Source: Callorhinchus milii
Lineage: Eukaryota
Length of the DNA: 64,000 bases
Reading direction: 5' to 3'
NCBI RefSeq assembly: GCF_018977255.1
Contig: NW_024704742.1
Coordinates: 28,832,001 to 28,896,000 of the forward strand
Numbering within the stretch: the stretch's first letter is position 1; the number at the start of each line of letters is the position of its first letter. Made by a program: the position numbers and the translations under genes. Positions 36,781-49,310 of this stretch are shown here, piece by piece. The notes beneath the pieces are model-generated. The model was given only the letters and a program-made list of their open reading frames with translations, made no database searches and was not told where the DNA came from.

Positions 36781-37084
36781 GTAAAGTACTTTGTCAAAGT
36801 TTGGTGTGATAAGGCTCTGTGAAACTTGGTGCAGTTTCATCCCTGAATGTGCCACAAACACATATTTTTTGCCTGGAGGCAAATGTAATGGAATGTTTTT
36901 CTCTGTGCTGGAGAATCATTGAAGAATCAAGTCATAAAAACAAGACTGAATTATAAAAGAAAAGCCAGCAGTGGTATCATGGAGATTCCTGAAGTAGGAG
37001 TTTTTTCCAGGAAAATATATTGATGACATCTATGGGAATAATCAGTGATTGTAATGTAAATAGTTTGCATTGTACATAGTTCGC

Positions 37085-37290
37085 ACTCCACCCTCCTTTG
37101 CTTCCTTCAAGGCATGCCTCAAGACCTTCCTCTTCGACCATGTCTTCGGCCACCCTCTTATCCTACCCTCCCCGCCCTTCAACCTCCCTGATTCCAACCC
37201 CCCCACCCCTGCTCGGGTCCTAATCCCTGTTCAGCGCCTTGGGACGTCCTCCCAACGTGAAAGGCGTTTTACAAATGTAATTTTGTATTG
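37085..37290 (+). mobile_element. L2 LINE 3' end
   Basis: SFKACLKTFLFDH; gcgccttgggacgtcctcccaacgtgaaaggcg. Confidence 0.88.
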
Positions 37291-37997
37291 TATTTCGTAT
37301 TGTGTTGGACTGGGCGCTGTATCTCAGCAGTGTGCCAGAAGAGGTAGGAGAGAGTTTTTGATTCAGATAAATTAGACCTTGAATAAACAACTCGAGGACT
37401 GGAGGCAACACCATGTGCCCGAATGATTCTGCAGCTTAGGGCATTCAATGATGGAACACATCAGTCAACTGGGCACGTTGAAATTACAATTTAGTCAGGT
37501 CCTTTCAGCAGAATAATCTGTTAGCCATGACATTTTGCTTACCTATCAGGAGTACATTTAGTGCATGAATTCAGGCTGAAATATTAATGTGTGCGTTCCA
37601 CAACAAATGTTGTGGAAAACTTTAAAGGAAAGTATAGAAATATGCTGCAAATTAATTATTTAACGATTCTAAAATGCTTTGATGTCAGAATTTTACTTTC
37701 CACAGCATTTTGAACCTTTAATTGATTTAAACGCTTTTGAACCGGTAGTATTTTAATTATACTGAACCATTTGGACTATGAAATTAAAGGGATTCTTTCC
37801 ATAGCGTTTATCAGTGCACAGTCGAGTAAGAAATGTTCTCATTCCAGGAGTTTGCAGCCAAAACCTGTTGACTCAGGGCTGAAGATATGATATAGTTTTA
37901 ATTTTTCAATGTAGAAGTAACATGTGACAATTCATAACAGATCTGTTGGGAAAATGTCATATATTTCCATACATTCCTAAAGAAAGGGATAATAAAC

Positions 37998-38290
37998 GTT
38001 GGGTAAGTTTCCTTACTCCACACATTTCTGTTCACCTAGCAGTAAGTAGGAACCCAGTAGGTAGTTGATTGGCAGATTGCTTTTCTGGTGGTAATAATTC
38101 CTTCAAAAAAGTAAATAAATAATAAATCGTTTACTCAATCCATGACTTTTTGTAGGACACTGCTATGCACAATTGGCCACAAAATATACAGGCAATTCAC
38201 TTTACAATATATTCTGTGAAGTGCTTTGTGACATCTCGAAGATATGATAAGGCACTATATCAAATGCAAGGATTATAATGATTATTATTA
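37998..38290 (+). mobile_element. Variant-B SINE lacking most of its head
   Basis: gggtaagtttccttactccacac...tctgttcacctagcagtaagtaggaacc...caaatgcaaggatta. Confidence 0.85.
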
Positions 38291-38684
38291 TATGTTTCTA
38301 TTACCCAGTGTTTGTGCATTGGAGAAAGTTGGCCAAAAACATTTGAGGAATCCAGATATCCAAGAATACTGAAGAATAGAGGCATTTTCCATCCCTCCAC
38401 TATGAAATCACAGGGGACTAACAAACACAACCTGAGATGTGAAAGTGATCACTGATTTGAGTGGCTGCTTGCATGACACAATCTTACTTCAGAAAATAGA
38501 ATTAATCTAGTATCTTGCAAACTGGCACTCAAAACTGGTCTCTTTGTGGGCCACCTATACTAATGGCTGGGGCAGGCAACGTCAGGCTCAGATATTGCAA
38601 GAATGTCGTGGGGTGGGGGAGGGATTCACACCCATAATTAGATATCAAAAGTGTGAAGTGACAATTGTGGTGTCAGATAATTTC

Positions 38685-39095
38685 AATTAGAAGTACTCTT
38701 GGCTCTGAGTCAGAAGGTGGTGGGTTTAGTTCCATGTAAGGACTTGAAGGCACACAGTTTAAAAGGATATTCTAATGCAGTGCTGGGGATGGGCTGCATT
38801 GTTGAAGGTGACGTCCTTCATATGGGAAACGTCCTGTGCAGGTGAGCGTTAAAGATTCCATAGCACTCTTCCAAAAAGAGAAGGGTGTTTCTCCCAGTGT
38901 CCTGACCAACTAACCCCCAGATAAAATTGATCATTCGTTTCATGTTCGTAGGACACTGTTGTGTGGAATTGGGCTGCTGCATTCACCTATAAATACGCAG
39001 TCACTCCACTTTACATTCAATCCTGTGAAGAGCTTTGAGACATCCACCCGATTTGAGCAATGCTATACCAAATGCTATACCAATAATGCTATTAT
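38685..39095 (+). mobile_element. Deu-domain SINE (SacSINE1-like), near full length
   Basis: actcttggctctgagtcagaagg...gttaaagattccatagcact...tctcccagtgtcctgacc...; tail motif aatgctatacc is tandemly repeated. Confidence 0.8.
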
Positions 39096-40477
39096 TGATT
39101 ATCGTGGATGATAATTTTCACGCGCACATTGTATTTTCACCCTGAGGATCTCCAGAATGGAGGGGTGGAAATTACCTCCCAGCACTCCATGCACAAATTC
39201 TGTAATGTGATATGTAACATTAGTCAAAATTTTCCTCCGCACTAACCTCAACTGTCGGGATGTCTCAAGTGGAGCCTAAGCATCTCATCAATGGGACACA
39301 GGGGGTGGAAATCAGAATATGAATTGGAGACAATTGTTAGAAAGTTGGTCTCATGTATCTTTTAGCAGCTGCCTTTAGGTCTGAGAGGAGTTCACTCCAT
39401 ACCAGCCCTGTACACGCTAGTCATTGATTTGGTCCAGTCTCAATTGTTGTTCAGACCTGATCTGCCATCAATGAATGGGTTTGTTCCAGCATTAGGGAAG
39501 GGTAAAGCTGACAGGGCCAGTCCCGTCCCCACAGCAGCATCTCTCCTGTCAGATTAGCCCACAGAGGCACCAAAATTGACAGGGGAAGCCCTTGTCCCGG
39601 CCCATAACAAGGAAATGAGGTGGCAGCTGGGCCAATTGATGGGAAGGGAATGGTGGGTTGGGGGTTGGGAGGGAAGGTGAATGGAAGACAAAAAGAAGAT
39701 TGATAAGCAGAAAATCTCTAACACCATACTGCCAAATGTAGCTTCTTATGAGTTAGGAAGGGTGAATAATTTAGAAGTTGCCTCTGGCAACAATGAGTCA
39801 TTGTTCATAGCTTTCCTGTATAAAATAGATAATCCTCAGTATTCATTCTGCTCTGTGGGTTACTGTTTCCAATTCAATTTATTGATTTATACTTGTGTCT
39901 CATACCTGTACAGTTCCAAGCGTTTCTAATAACTTTCAATGTCTTTTTTTCAACTTTAAAGATATTGCACAACAACTTCATGGGCGTACCACCCCTTTAT
40001 ACAGACAAGAATGGCTGAACCAACAATTACATTTATTGAATAGTGCTCTCTGACTGTCTCAGTATCGATCAAAAGCTCCTGTCTTAAAACCAACAAACCA
40101 ACATTCAATTTAAAAAAGATGACTGCAGCACTTCTATAGTCTTTAATGGTTTATAAACAAAACTGTATGGTTTGAAAAAATGCAAGAAAAGCAATCCTGT
40201 GCATTTTATATATATTATATATTGAGAACCACAAGAAAAGGTCTAAACCCAACAGTACAAGAAAACACTGAGGTCAAAAAGAGCAGATTGAGCAGACAAA
40301 ATAATAAGTAGACACAGCGTAATGTCAAGCTTGGGTTTTAAGAACATTTAGATTGTAGGAGGAAGAGATTAAGGATATATATATAAAAACTAATGTGATT
40401 TTTTTAAAGATCACTATTGTGAAATTCATTTTTATGATGCAACTACTTTTAAGTGCCAGATTTTGCTGAGGTCCTAA

Positions 40478-40835
40478 TATAATATAAGAATAAGAATCTT
40501 TCCATTTGATATAGCGCCTTGTCACATCTTTGAGATGTCTCAAAGCGCTACAAAGAATACACTGTAAAGTTAATTGACTGTATAATTTGTGGGAGAAATG
40601 CGGCAGCCACTTTCACACAGCAGTGGTCGACAAACGGTCGTGGATTGAATGACCAAATTATTATTTTTAATTCCTTTTGAAGGGTTTATTACCCCTGGAA
40701 GAGCGATCCACCAATCGACTAACAACTGGGTTCCTACTCACTGCTAGGTAAACAGAGGCATGTGGAGTAAGGAAATTTGCCGAACATTTCGCCCTGCCCG
40801 GGAATCCTAATCCACGATCTTGTGAATGGAAGTCC
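40478..40835 (-). mobile_element. Variant-B SINE
   Basis: gggttcctactcactgctaggtaaacagagg...gtggagtaaggaaa...gccctgcccgggaat. Confidence 0.82.
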
Positions 40836-41363
40836 CATTGTTTTCCTGCCAGAGGTGCCTGACACGCATTAAACCCAGAGCGGTACAACACAGAAAATCC
40901 TGCTTTGGAATTGATTGCAGAATGTGAATTCTGATCCTTTCAGAACCTGCTATTGTAAATCTTTTTCATCCTTTCAAATTATTTTTCCTCATGGCTTTGA
41001 ATTGTATCATGTGCAGAATACAGTACTGTTCGCTAATTTTGTATAAAGGTATGTAAGCAAAGTTACTCCCCCCACCACCACTACCACCACCAAGCAGTTT
41101 ACAACAATAACTTGCATTTATATAGCGCCTGAACACAAGTAGTTTAGATGGCCAAGAAATGTTTTTCATCGGCAAGGCAAGCAATGAAATCTGATTTGCA
41201 ACAATCTTCCTTGGGTTCATTAACAAGGAATCTGAGAGTTACACGAATGGGAGCTCGTTCCAACGCCAGAAGTGAACTATACCGTACTTTAAGTTCTCCC
41301 TTCTAAAGGGGATGTCAGACCATATTTGGAGTATGATGTCCAATTCTGGTATTCACAAGAAGG

Positions 41364-41612
41364 ATAATAATAATTCTTACATTAGTATAGTGCTTTGCAT
41401 ATTGGGAGGACTTCTCAAAGCACTTTACAGGATATATTGTAAAGTGATGTGATTGTGTGTTCTGTGGGTGAACACAGCACCCAATCTACACACAGCAATG
41501 CCCAACAAGCAACACCATGCAGTGAGTGCCCAATTTTAGTTGGGGAATTGTTGGCCAGGACAAGGGGAGAAACTTCTTTCTTTTTTCGAATAGTACAATG
41601 GGATCTTTAAGA
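41364..41612 (-). mobile_element. Deu-domain SINE 3' part
   Basis: Tail aataataattc; gttggccaggaca...gagaaact...gggatctttaa. Confidence 0.8.
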
Positions 41613-41619
41613 TCCCATC

Positions 41620-42145
41620 ACTCACTATAGGAAGGATGTTAAGGCATTGGAAAAGGTGCAGAGGAGATTTACGAGGATGGTACCAGGAATGAGGGACCTT
41701 GACTATGAGGAAAGGCTAGAGAGGCTGGGATTATTCTCATTGGAGCAGAGAAGGTTACGAGGAGACCGAATATAGGTCTTCAAAATCATGAGGGGATTTG
41801 ATAGGTTAGAAAGGGAAAGCTGTTTCCACTGGTGGGTGTGTCGGTGACTCAAGGTCACAGATTCAAAATAATCTCTAAAAGAAGCAGAGGGGAGGAGAGA
41901 AGAAATTGTTTCATGTAGCGAGTTGTTCGAATCTGGAACGCATTGCCTGAAAGGGTGGTGGAGGCTGATTCGATAACTACTTTTAAAAACGCGGTGGACA
42001 GGTATTTGAGGAGGATGGGTTTGTAGGGTTATGGGGAAAGGGCTGGGGAGTGGGATTGACATAAATTGCTCTATTCAAAGAGCCGGCACAAACTCAATGG
42101 GCCGAATGGCCTCTTTTTGTGCTGTACGATTCTATGATTCTATGA
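41620..42145 (+). mobile_element. Young CR1/HER1-type LINE 3' end
   Basis: [48 protein letters not shown]; 3' UTR atgggccgaatggcctc; (attctatg)2 tail. Confidence 0.95.
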
Positions 42146-43874
42146 ACCACCTGAGAAGGCAGACAAGGCCTTTGAGTCCTCACAGGGGTGGTGTTACCAG
42201 AAAAGGCAAGTTCGGCAGAGACATCAGAATGCTTGCTGAACAATGACAAACAGTCACTGCATTCAAGGACTCCCAAAATATTAGCCCATCATCTCATAAC
42301 AAATTGAAAGTTTTGCTTGCTCCATGACTACGCATGAATTAAACACTTAGAAAAACAGTCACAAAATCGTTGCACTTCTTTTCAGCTGCTTTTCCCAACA
42401 CCTCCAAATCCCCATCCCCACACCTCCAAATCCCCATCCCCACCCCCACCAAGCTGCTTCTCAACTGGCCTTCGGGAGGCAATCTAGAGCCTAGTGGTCT
42501 TACTTTCCCATGTTTTCACTCTACAAGGGAAGTGCTCGATAGAGTGTGGGAATCAGCTCATTCGGGACACAATTGTAGGGAACAAATCTATTCTTTCCAC
42601 TCTGAAGCACAGCACACCCCACTGGGCCAGCATCTCTTTGCACAATAGCTAAACTCTTCATTTTATCTCTATCAAATTTGGTCCTCATTGTTGAAAACTT
42701 AATTAGGATTAATTGAACAATTGATGAGGAGCCAATGAAAGGAAGTATAAAAGGACACTGGGCGTGGGACAAAGGGTGTGTGATGGAGAGTGGATCCTTA
42801 TTGAGGATTGGGAAAGACAAAATAAAGAAGCTACTAATACACCTGTGATTTGGAGTGAGTTATATTACCCTCACCAAATGACCAGAAAGTCTGCCATGTG
42901 TCGTGGACGGGTTATTTTCCAAGCAAAGTCTTGAATTCAGAAGAACTGGTTGCAAAATGCATATATGTATCCCAGTGTAGAAATCATCTGTAATAATGCA
43001 CCTTGAGAAGATATATTGCAAAGCTCCAGAAAGTCAGCCCCTCCTGCAACAGATCCGAGCATTAGGCGGTATTACTGAATAATAATTGAGTATAGTGCAG
43101 GTAAGAGTGAATTACTCGGAGGGAGGGGGAAGAGGAGCCAGGATCTGCCCTTGGGGTAAGCCTTTGCTTATATAATCTCAGGGTACTTGGCCTCTCAACC
43201 TCACAGAAAGCAAGACAACAACACCCCCAACAAATAGCTCACACTGGCCCCGTAGCCTCAGGTGCCATGTTTTCAGTTTCCCTGAGTGCTGCCATCATTT
43301 TCCAGTCAGTGTCCCACATTCCCCTGCTTTGAGCAAACACAGACTTACAAATTACCAGCAGCAGCTGACAGGCCACCTGTGAAAGTTTCATTACAGCTTC
43401 ATTTTCACGGAGGAGTTTAAGTGAAAGATAGGAGTCTAGACCTGGGAGCAGACGTGACAGGCATTGTGAAAAATATATTACACTTGGGGAATACTTTGGC
43501 CTCACAACATGAGCCAGGTGAACAGAACGGGCACTTTAATGTATGTGAGGCAGGTAACTGAGCCACTCAGCACTCAGGCAGACAGTCACACTTCAGTAAG
43601 GGCTGAGATATCAGCTGTTTCTGCTCTTACAAAAATACCCATTTTAATGTCTTACCAGATGGCAGGGTTACCTGCAGGTGTCATCTGCTATGCTTGGGGC
43701 ATAGAGAAAAGGAACTTTCTTGTCTTGAAATGCAACCTGCACCTTAAAGAACAATAGTACAAAGGGAATGTATCATTACAGTTTGAGCAAGTTTATCCCA
43801 ACACTGGTCCAATCACGACATCATTGTGCCTTTTGAATTAGCTTCACTTCTTACTAAATATATGCATTGTCATG

Positions 43875-44147
43875 GGTGCCTTCATTTGGATGAAACATTA
43901 AACTGAGGTCCCGTCTGCCTGTTCTGGTGGTTGTTAAAGATCCCATGGTACTATTCGAAAAGTAAAGAAAGTTTCCCCGGTGTCACGACCAACAAATCTA
44001 CATTCTATGGCTGTTTGTGGGATATTGCTGTGCCGTGTTTCACCCACAACATTCACAGCAATTTACTTTACAGTATATCCTGTGAAGGACTTTGAGATGA
44101 TTCAATGACGTGATAAGGAGCTATATCAAATGCAAGGATTATTATTA
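43875..44147 (+). mobile_element. Deu-domain SINE
   Basis: ggatgaaacattaaactgaggtcccgtctgcc...gttaaagatcccatggtactattcgaa...caaatgcaaggattattatta. Confidence 0.85.
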
Positions 44148-44449
44148 CTCACAGAATCCTGCAGGCCATTTGGGCTTGCAAGAAATTGTGAGGCTGTGGG
44201 AGGATGAACACTCTCACACCCACCGGGAGTATTTATTTGGAACTTACCAATGTAGATGCTGATTCAAAATAGATCAATGGAATTCATCTGACATTTGGCC
44301 TTTCCTTCCTTTCACCATCAGGTTCAATCCATGCTTTGGGCTTGCGGCATCCTGAGCTGTGTGAATCTCTGCAGACATAACAAACAGCAAAACCACTTTC
44401 GCAAAATATGAAAACAAAAAACCATCACAACTTGTAACTTGTGATCAGA

Positions 44450-44518
44450 TGTTGCGGTAGTGAGGGGCAGGGGCTGACGTGCTTCCGGGTGTGATCACTC
44501 TATTTTAAGCGACCGTGT
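44450..44518. promoter_or_regulatory. Candidate compact promoter or enhancer (GC box, CRE half-site, ETS)
   Basis: GGGGCAGGGGC, TGACGT (44475-44480), CTTCCGG (44482-44488) and TATA-like tattttaa (44501-44508); 5 CpGs in about 70 bp in otherwise CpG-poor DNA. Confidence 0.4.
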
Positions 44519-46519
44519 GCTCATGAAATTGATACAGTTCAATGCCATCTTATTCCTTTTATGGAAGAGNTTTTTCTCCACTCAATCTTTTTTTTCAAAC
44601 AAGTTATTCTATTTAAGAACAAGAACACCAGGGAAGAGAGGCAGTGGAATAACATTGTCAAATTTACTGGCAGCTGGAATGTATATATATTTAGACCAGA
44701 AGTTGCAAACTGTATTTCTTTAAATGTAAGGTAGGGTGGGTGGGGTGGGGGGCATGGACACACACACATACACAACTTAAAGAGGAAGTAAGGGAACAGT
44801 TTAAATTGCTTTCTACTCTGTTGCACTGCTTCTACATCTCAAGGAATTCACACAGCTCAGAATTACACAGACACCAAACAGGGATTGAACCTGGGATCTG
44901 CCTGATCTGTATGGCTCAGAAGCACACGTCGGAGGCTTTTACTGAAATATCAGCAGGGCTACCAAGTTTATTAGTTTATCAGTACGTTTAATAAGTTTAT
45001 TTGTAATTCCACAAAGGAAAGGTCATGTCTTTACCCTTCCAGGACGCATGGTCAGTGCACTTTAAGTATATCCTGTGAGGCACTTTCAGATACCTCGATG
45101 ACACACTAAGGCACTGCATCAAGGATTATTATTACAACAACAACAAATAACTTTTTTTCCTGAAAGGATGATGTTGCAGCCCTTGGGTGCTTCTCTCAGT
45201 GCCCTTCTTCATGCTTAAGCCTAGACAGTGTGTGTCAGCAAGCTTTATTTTTTTCTAGGAGGGCGGGGAGGGGAGTCATACCCAATGTTTACCCTACGTG
45301 CTAGAGAAAGGTACTTTCCAGCAAGGGGTCGCCAGATAAGGATCAACAATTTGTTCTTTGGCTAATTTTTCATCTTGTTTATCCTGGGGCTTGAACCCAC
45401 TACCTTCTGACACAGAGATGAGAGTTCTATATACTGAGCCAGACTGACATATACATTGGATGTTAGAATCGCTTCCACATACAATAAGAAAATTAACTTT
45501 GTACAGTATATGGACTCCCAGCTGAGTAAAAATTATATGTATGAAAATCTGTCTCTGTTTCAAAATAAGAACTGAGAAAGAGTTAACCATTGCTATGTTC
45601 ATTCTGTACAGGATCTTTGTATACGTAAAACCAAAAAATAATAATGTTTCAATAGCAATGAGCCGCAAAGTAAACTTTGGATCAGTCTCAAAATAAAAGC
45701 CAAATCGGGTTCAGTGTATCAGTCTGCGCTACAAACAGCAGACAACTGTAGTCTGCTATTTGTGGTCCAGTAATCCTTAGTGCAATAACCCTTGCATTTG
45801 ATATAGCGCCTATCATATTATTGAGGCATCTAAAAGTGCATTTCAGAATATATTGTGAAGTAAATTGACTCTATATTTTGTGGGCAAATCTTTGAAAAAA
45901 GCTGCACTCATTTTCATATTTTTGCCAATTTAATTTACCAATAGAAAATTAATACAAAATAGAAAATTTGTTCAGTAGAATATTATAATAATAATAATAA
46001 TCCTTGCATTTGATATAGAGCTTCTCACGTCAGGAGGACGTCCCAAAGCGCAGAACTTTTGGATTATTAAGGGGAGGAAAACGCCTCACGTGATAATTAT
46101 CACCAGTATATTTATCACATTAACCAAAAATACAGTTGAAGACCAGTCTAAGTAGCTTAGAACCATAGATTGCTTTTCATCACATTTTTGAATGATGCAA
46201 TTATTATAACTGTGATTTAACTCCACAAGGATTTTTGGTGGATATGATAATATCACTGGTGATAATATCCCATGCCGCATTTTTATTCACCCCATAAATG
46301 ACCCTCAATTTGGAAGTGTTTCAGTTTGCAGTGCACAGACTTTGATTTTATCTTGGTTGCAAACAACACAGATTACTATTGAGCACATTCCAAACATTGC
46401 CTAGGACATGGTCTTGAGGACAGGCACATGGGTCAGTGATACTTAACCTCTGAATTACATTTAGGATCGGCAGTTGAGTACAGCTAAAAACAGGATAATG
46501 ACTGAATTGAAAAATAAAT

Positions 46520-46760
46520 AATATTTATTGCATTTGATACAATGCCTTATAGCAAGGAAACATCTCATATCGCTTTACAAGATTTACTGTAAAGTGTCGT
46601 GACTGTATTTTGTAGATAAATGTGGCAAGCAATTTGTGCACAAATAGACATGAAAGAACTGATCAATTTTATCAGAGGGTTGTTTGCAAGGACACCAGGA
46701 GAAACTTTCTCCTCTTTTTAAATAGTGTTATAAGATCTTTAATGTCCATCTGAACAAGCA
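46520..46760 (-). mobile_element. Deu-domain SINE 3' part
   Basis: ggacaccaggagaaact...gatctttaatgtccatctgaac. Confidence 0.75.
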
Positions 46761-48224
46761 TTGTGAGAACAATGCAATGATACAAATCCCAGAGTTTGCT
46801 TGACCCAAAGCAGAGCTCAAGAGCTCAAGAGATGCTTTCCAGCTCAAAGTTATAAGTAGAAATGTTCCTTTGATCCATGATCATAATGCTCTGAAGATGG
46901 GTTTATTAGAAAGCATGAAACTGCAATGGCATTCTCGACATTGTCGAGGTGAAATTACAGCTTTTACTGACTGTAAAGATACCAACGTTGCTGGGGTGTA
47001 ACACATACCCTTAGCCTCCTCAGCTATAAAGCTACAACCTTTATACACTTCTTTTATTTACTTATCTCATGCCTTCCTTTTCTTCTTATATATTCCTTGT
47101 TGCATTTCACCATACAATGTTCTTAAATTTGAGATGAAGGTTCAATTGAAACTTGTGTTTTTGGTGGGAATCACAGTGCGTTAACCTTCTCCTTCTGCAT
47201 TGCAAGGACCTCCAGGCAGAATGTACCAGATGGGGTATGAGCACGAGTAGAGTCTTTAAAGAATCAACCTTCGATTAGTAAAAGTCTCCTTGAAATTCTT
47301 AAAATAGATCCCTAGCTCTCAAAGTAGCATTGCTAGGTTTTCACAGCTGCATTTTTTTATCAGCAGAAAAGGACAGAATATGTTTCGTAATTATCTTTCA
47401 GATTTAAATGCAATTAAACTGATAGGAGTTCACATTCAACACTTAGCCGTTCCAGATAAACATCTTACTTAAGCCGTTTGAAACGTTTGGAACCTATTAC
47501 CAGTTGAAGTGCAATTCTTGCGGATTGGTATTCCTGAAACGCTTGTACATTGATCCATTCCGCATAAAGGAAGTGCCAGTATTTATCAATTCAGGGTTTC
47601 AGTAACTGAAGGCACAATCTGCTGCACTTTCATAATAAGCACAATTTGTTTTGGGTTCCTACTCTGCTGTCAGTAACACTTACTCTATGGTATGTGCATC
47701 CCCACCTGTAGGGCTCATTTTCTAGTCATAATCAACTGTATTAAAATAGTCTAGGAGACAGATACTTAACCTTTAACATGATTACCATTCTCAGGGTAAC
47801 ATGAGTGACACACATTTTCTTGGCTTGACTGTGACTTAGGTCTCCGTAGACCTTTGCTTAATTGTCATTGCATGGATCTTAAGAGTAGAGTCTTTTTGGA
47901 GTCTTTCTGCTTTTCCAACCTGCTGTCCAATCAAGCTTGCCAGATGTCAGTCACTGATCTACATTCCAGTCTTTCCCTTAAAGAACAATTCAACCTCTCC
48001 TATTCAAACTACAACAATAAGTAAAGAGACCGAGAGAGTTAGATGCCCCTGTTTTCCTGTGAAATCTCTTCACTCTGCCTCCCCATGGCTATGGGAATGT
48101 TTAACCTCAAGTGAGCAGTTACTCCTGCTTGTCAAGAAGCCAAATATGTAGAAAGTGTTTTGAGCCCATCTGACAAAACTTTGATAGCATTGGGACTGTA
48201 CATTTTCTGAGAAGAAATTTCAGT

Positions 48225-48475
48225 TCCGAGAGCATTAAAGCATCCCTTGGCACCAGCCGTAAAGTAAAGGATGTTTGTCCAGATGTCTTGTCCAACAATT
48301 CCACAGATAAAATTGAGCATTCACCTCAAGGCTCTTTGTGGAACACTTCTGTGCACAAATTGGCTTCATCTACACATATAATCACTGCACTTTACAGTAT
48401 GTCCTGTGAAGCGTTTTGAGACATCCTCCCAATGTGAAAGACATTATATCAAATGCAAGGTGTTTTTTATTATTA
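48225..48475 (+). mobile_element. Deu-domain SINE 3' part
   Basis: ttaaagcatcccttggcac...ctgtgcacaaattggct...atatcaaatgcaagg. Confidence 0.72.
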
Positions 48476-49124
48476 TCAGGCCACAGTCTGACTGGGAAAG
48501 TAATGTTACAGTGACAAATAGATTGTCTCCTGGCCGGAGTGCCATTTGCTTCAATATTTACTTGCTGCTGTTCATCCATTTACATAAGCTTTCAGCAACC
48601 AACAGTAATCTCCATTATATGTAGTGAACCATATATATATGGCCTCAAAGTGCATTACTGACTTTAAGGTCCGAGGCGGGTTTTCTCAACAATGAAAAAG
48701 TTAAAGAGATGATCATATCTTATTTGACTACTGAAAGACCTGCTCGATAGAAAGTGTTCTGAGCCCATTTTGATAGCGTTGAAAAGCAGGAAGGATGTCC
48801 AAGTGGAATCAGCAGCATGTAAGAGAGAACTGTGTAAATCCCATTTCATTACAAAGATTACTTAAAATATGGAAGAAAAAATATTTATGAAGGAGTCTTT
48901 AAAGGAGAAATAAATACTTTAAAACTGGTAGATTATTCCCCAGCATGATTCTCTTTCTTGCTTCTTCTTTGTAACATACTGCTTTGTTGAAGAGAAAATC
49001 TATCAGTAATACAGTGGTACTGCTGCTTACTCAAATAAAATATTTTCCTAGAAAATTGTGGGATTAACTAGGATATGTAAATGACCAGAGCAAATCAATA
49101 TCTAAAGGGACTTGAATCTTATCA

Positions 49125-49310
49125 CCATTACTCCCTCCTTCACCTTGTTCAATGTCTGTCTCAAGACCTACCTCTTTGACCACACTTTCAATCATCTTTC
49201 CCCTCCACAACCACACACACAATTTCTAGCACTGGCTTGGATGCCATTATTGTTCGGCACCTTGAGGCATCCTCCTGAAGTGAAAGGCATTATAGAAATA
49301 TAAATTTGTT
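49125..49310 (+). mobile_element. L2 LINE 3' end
   Basis: FNVCLKTYLFDHTF; accttgaggcatcctcctgaagtgaaaggc. Confidence 0.75.

Noticed and set aside
42390..42445. Tandem 21-bp duplication (cacctccaaatccccatcccc), and similar micro-duplications near 9250, 30497, 46812 and 50306
   Set aside because: Ordinary replication-slippage products.
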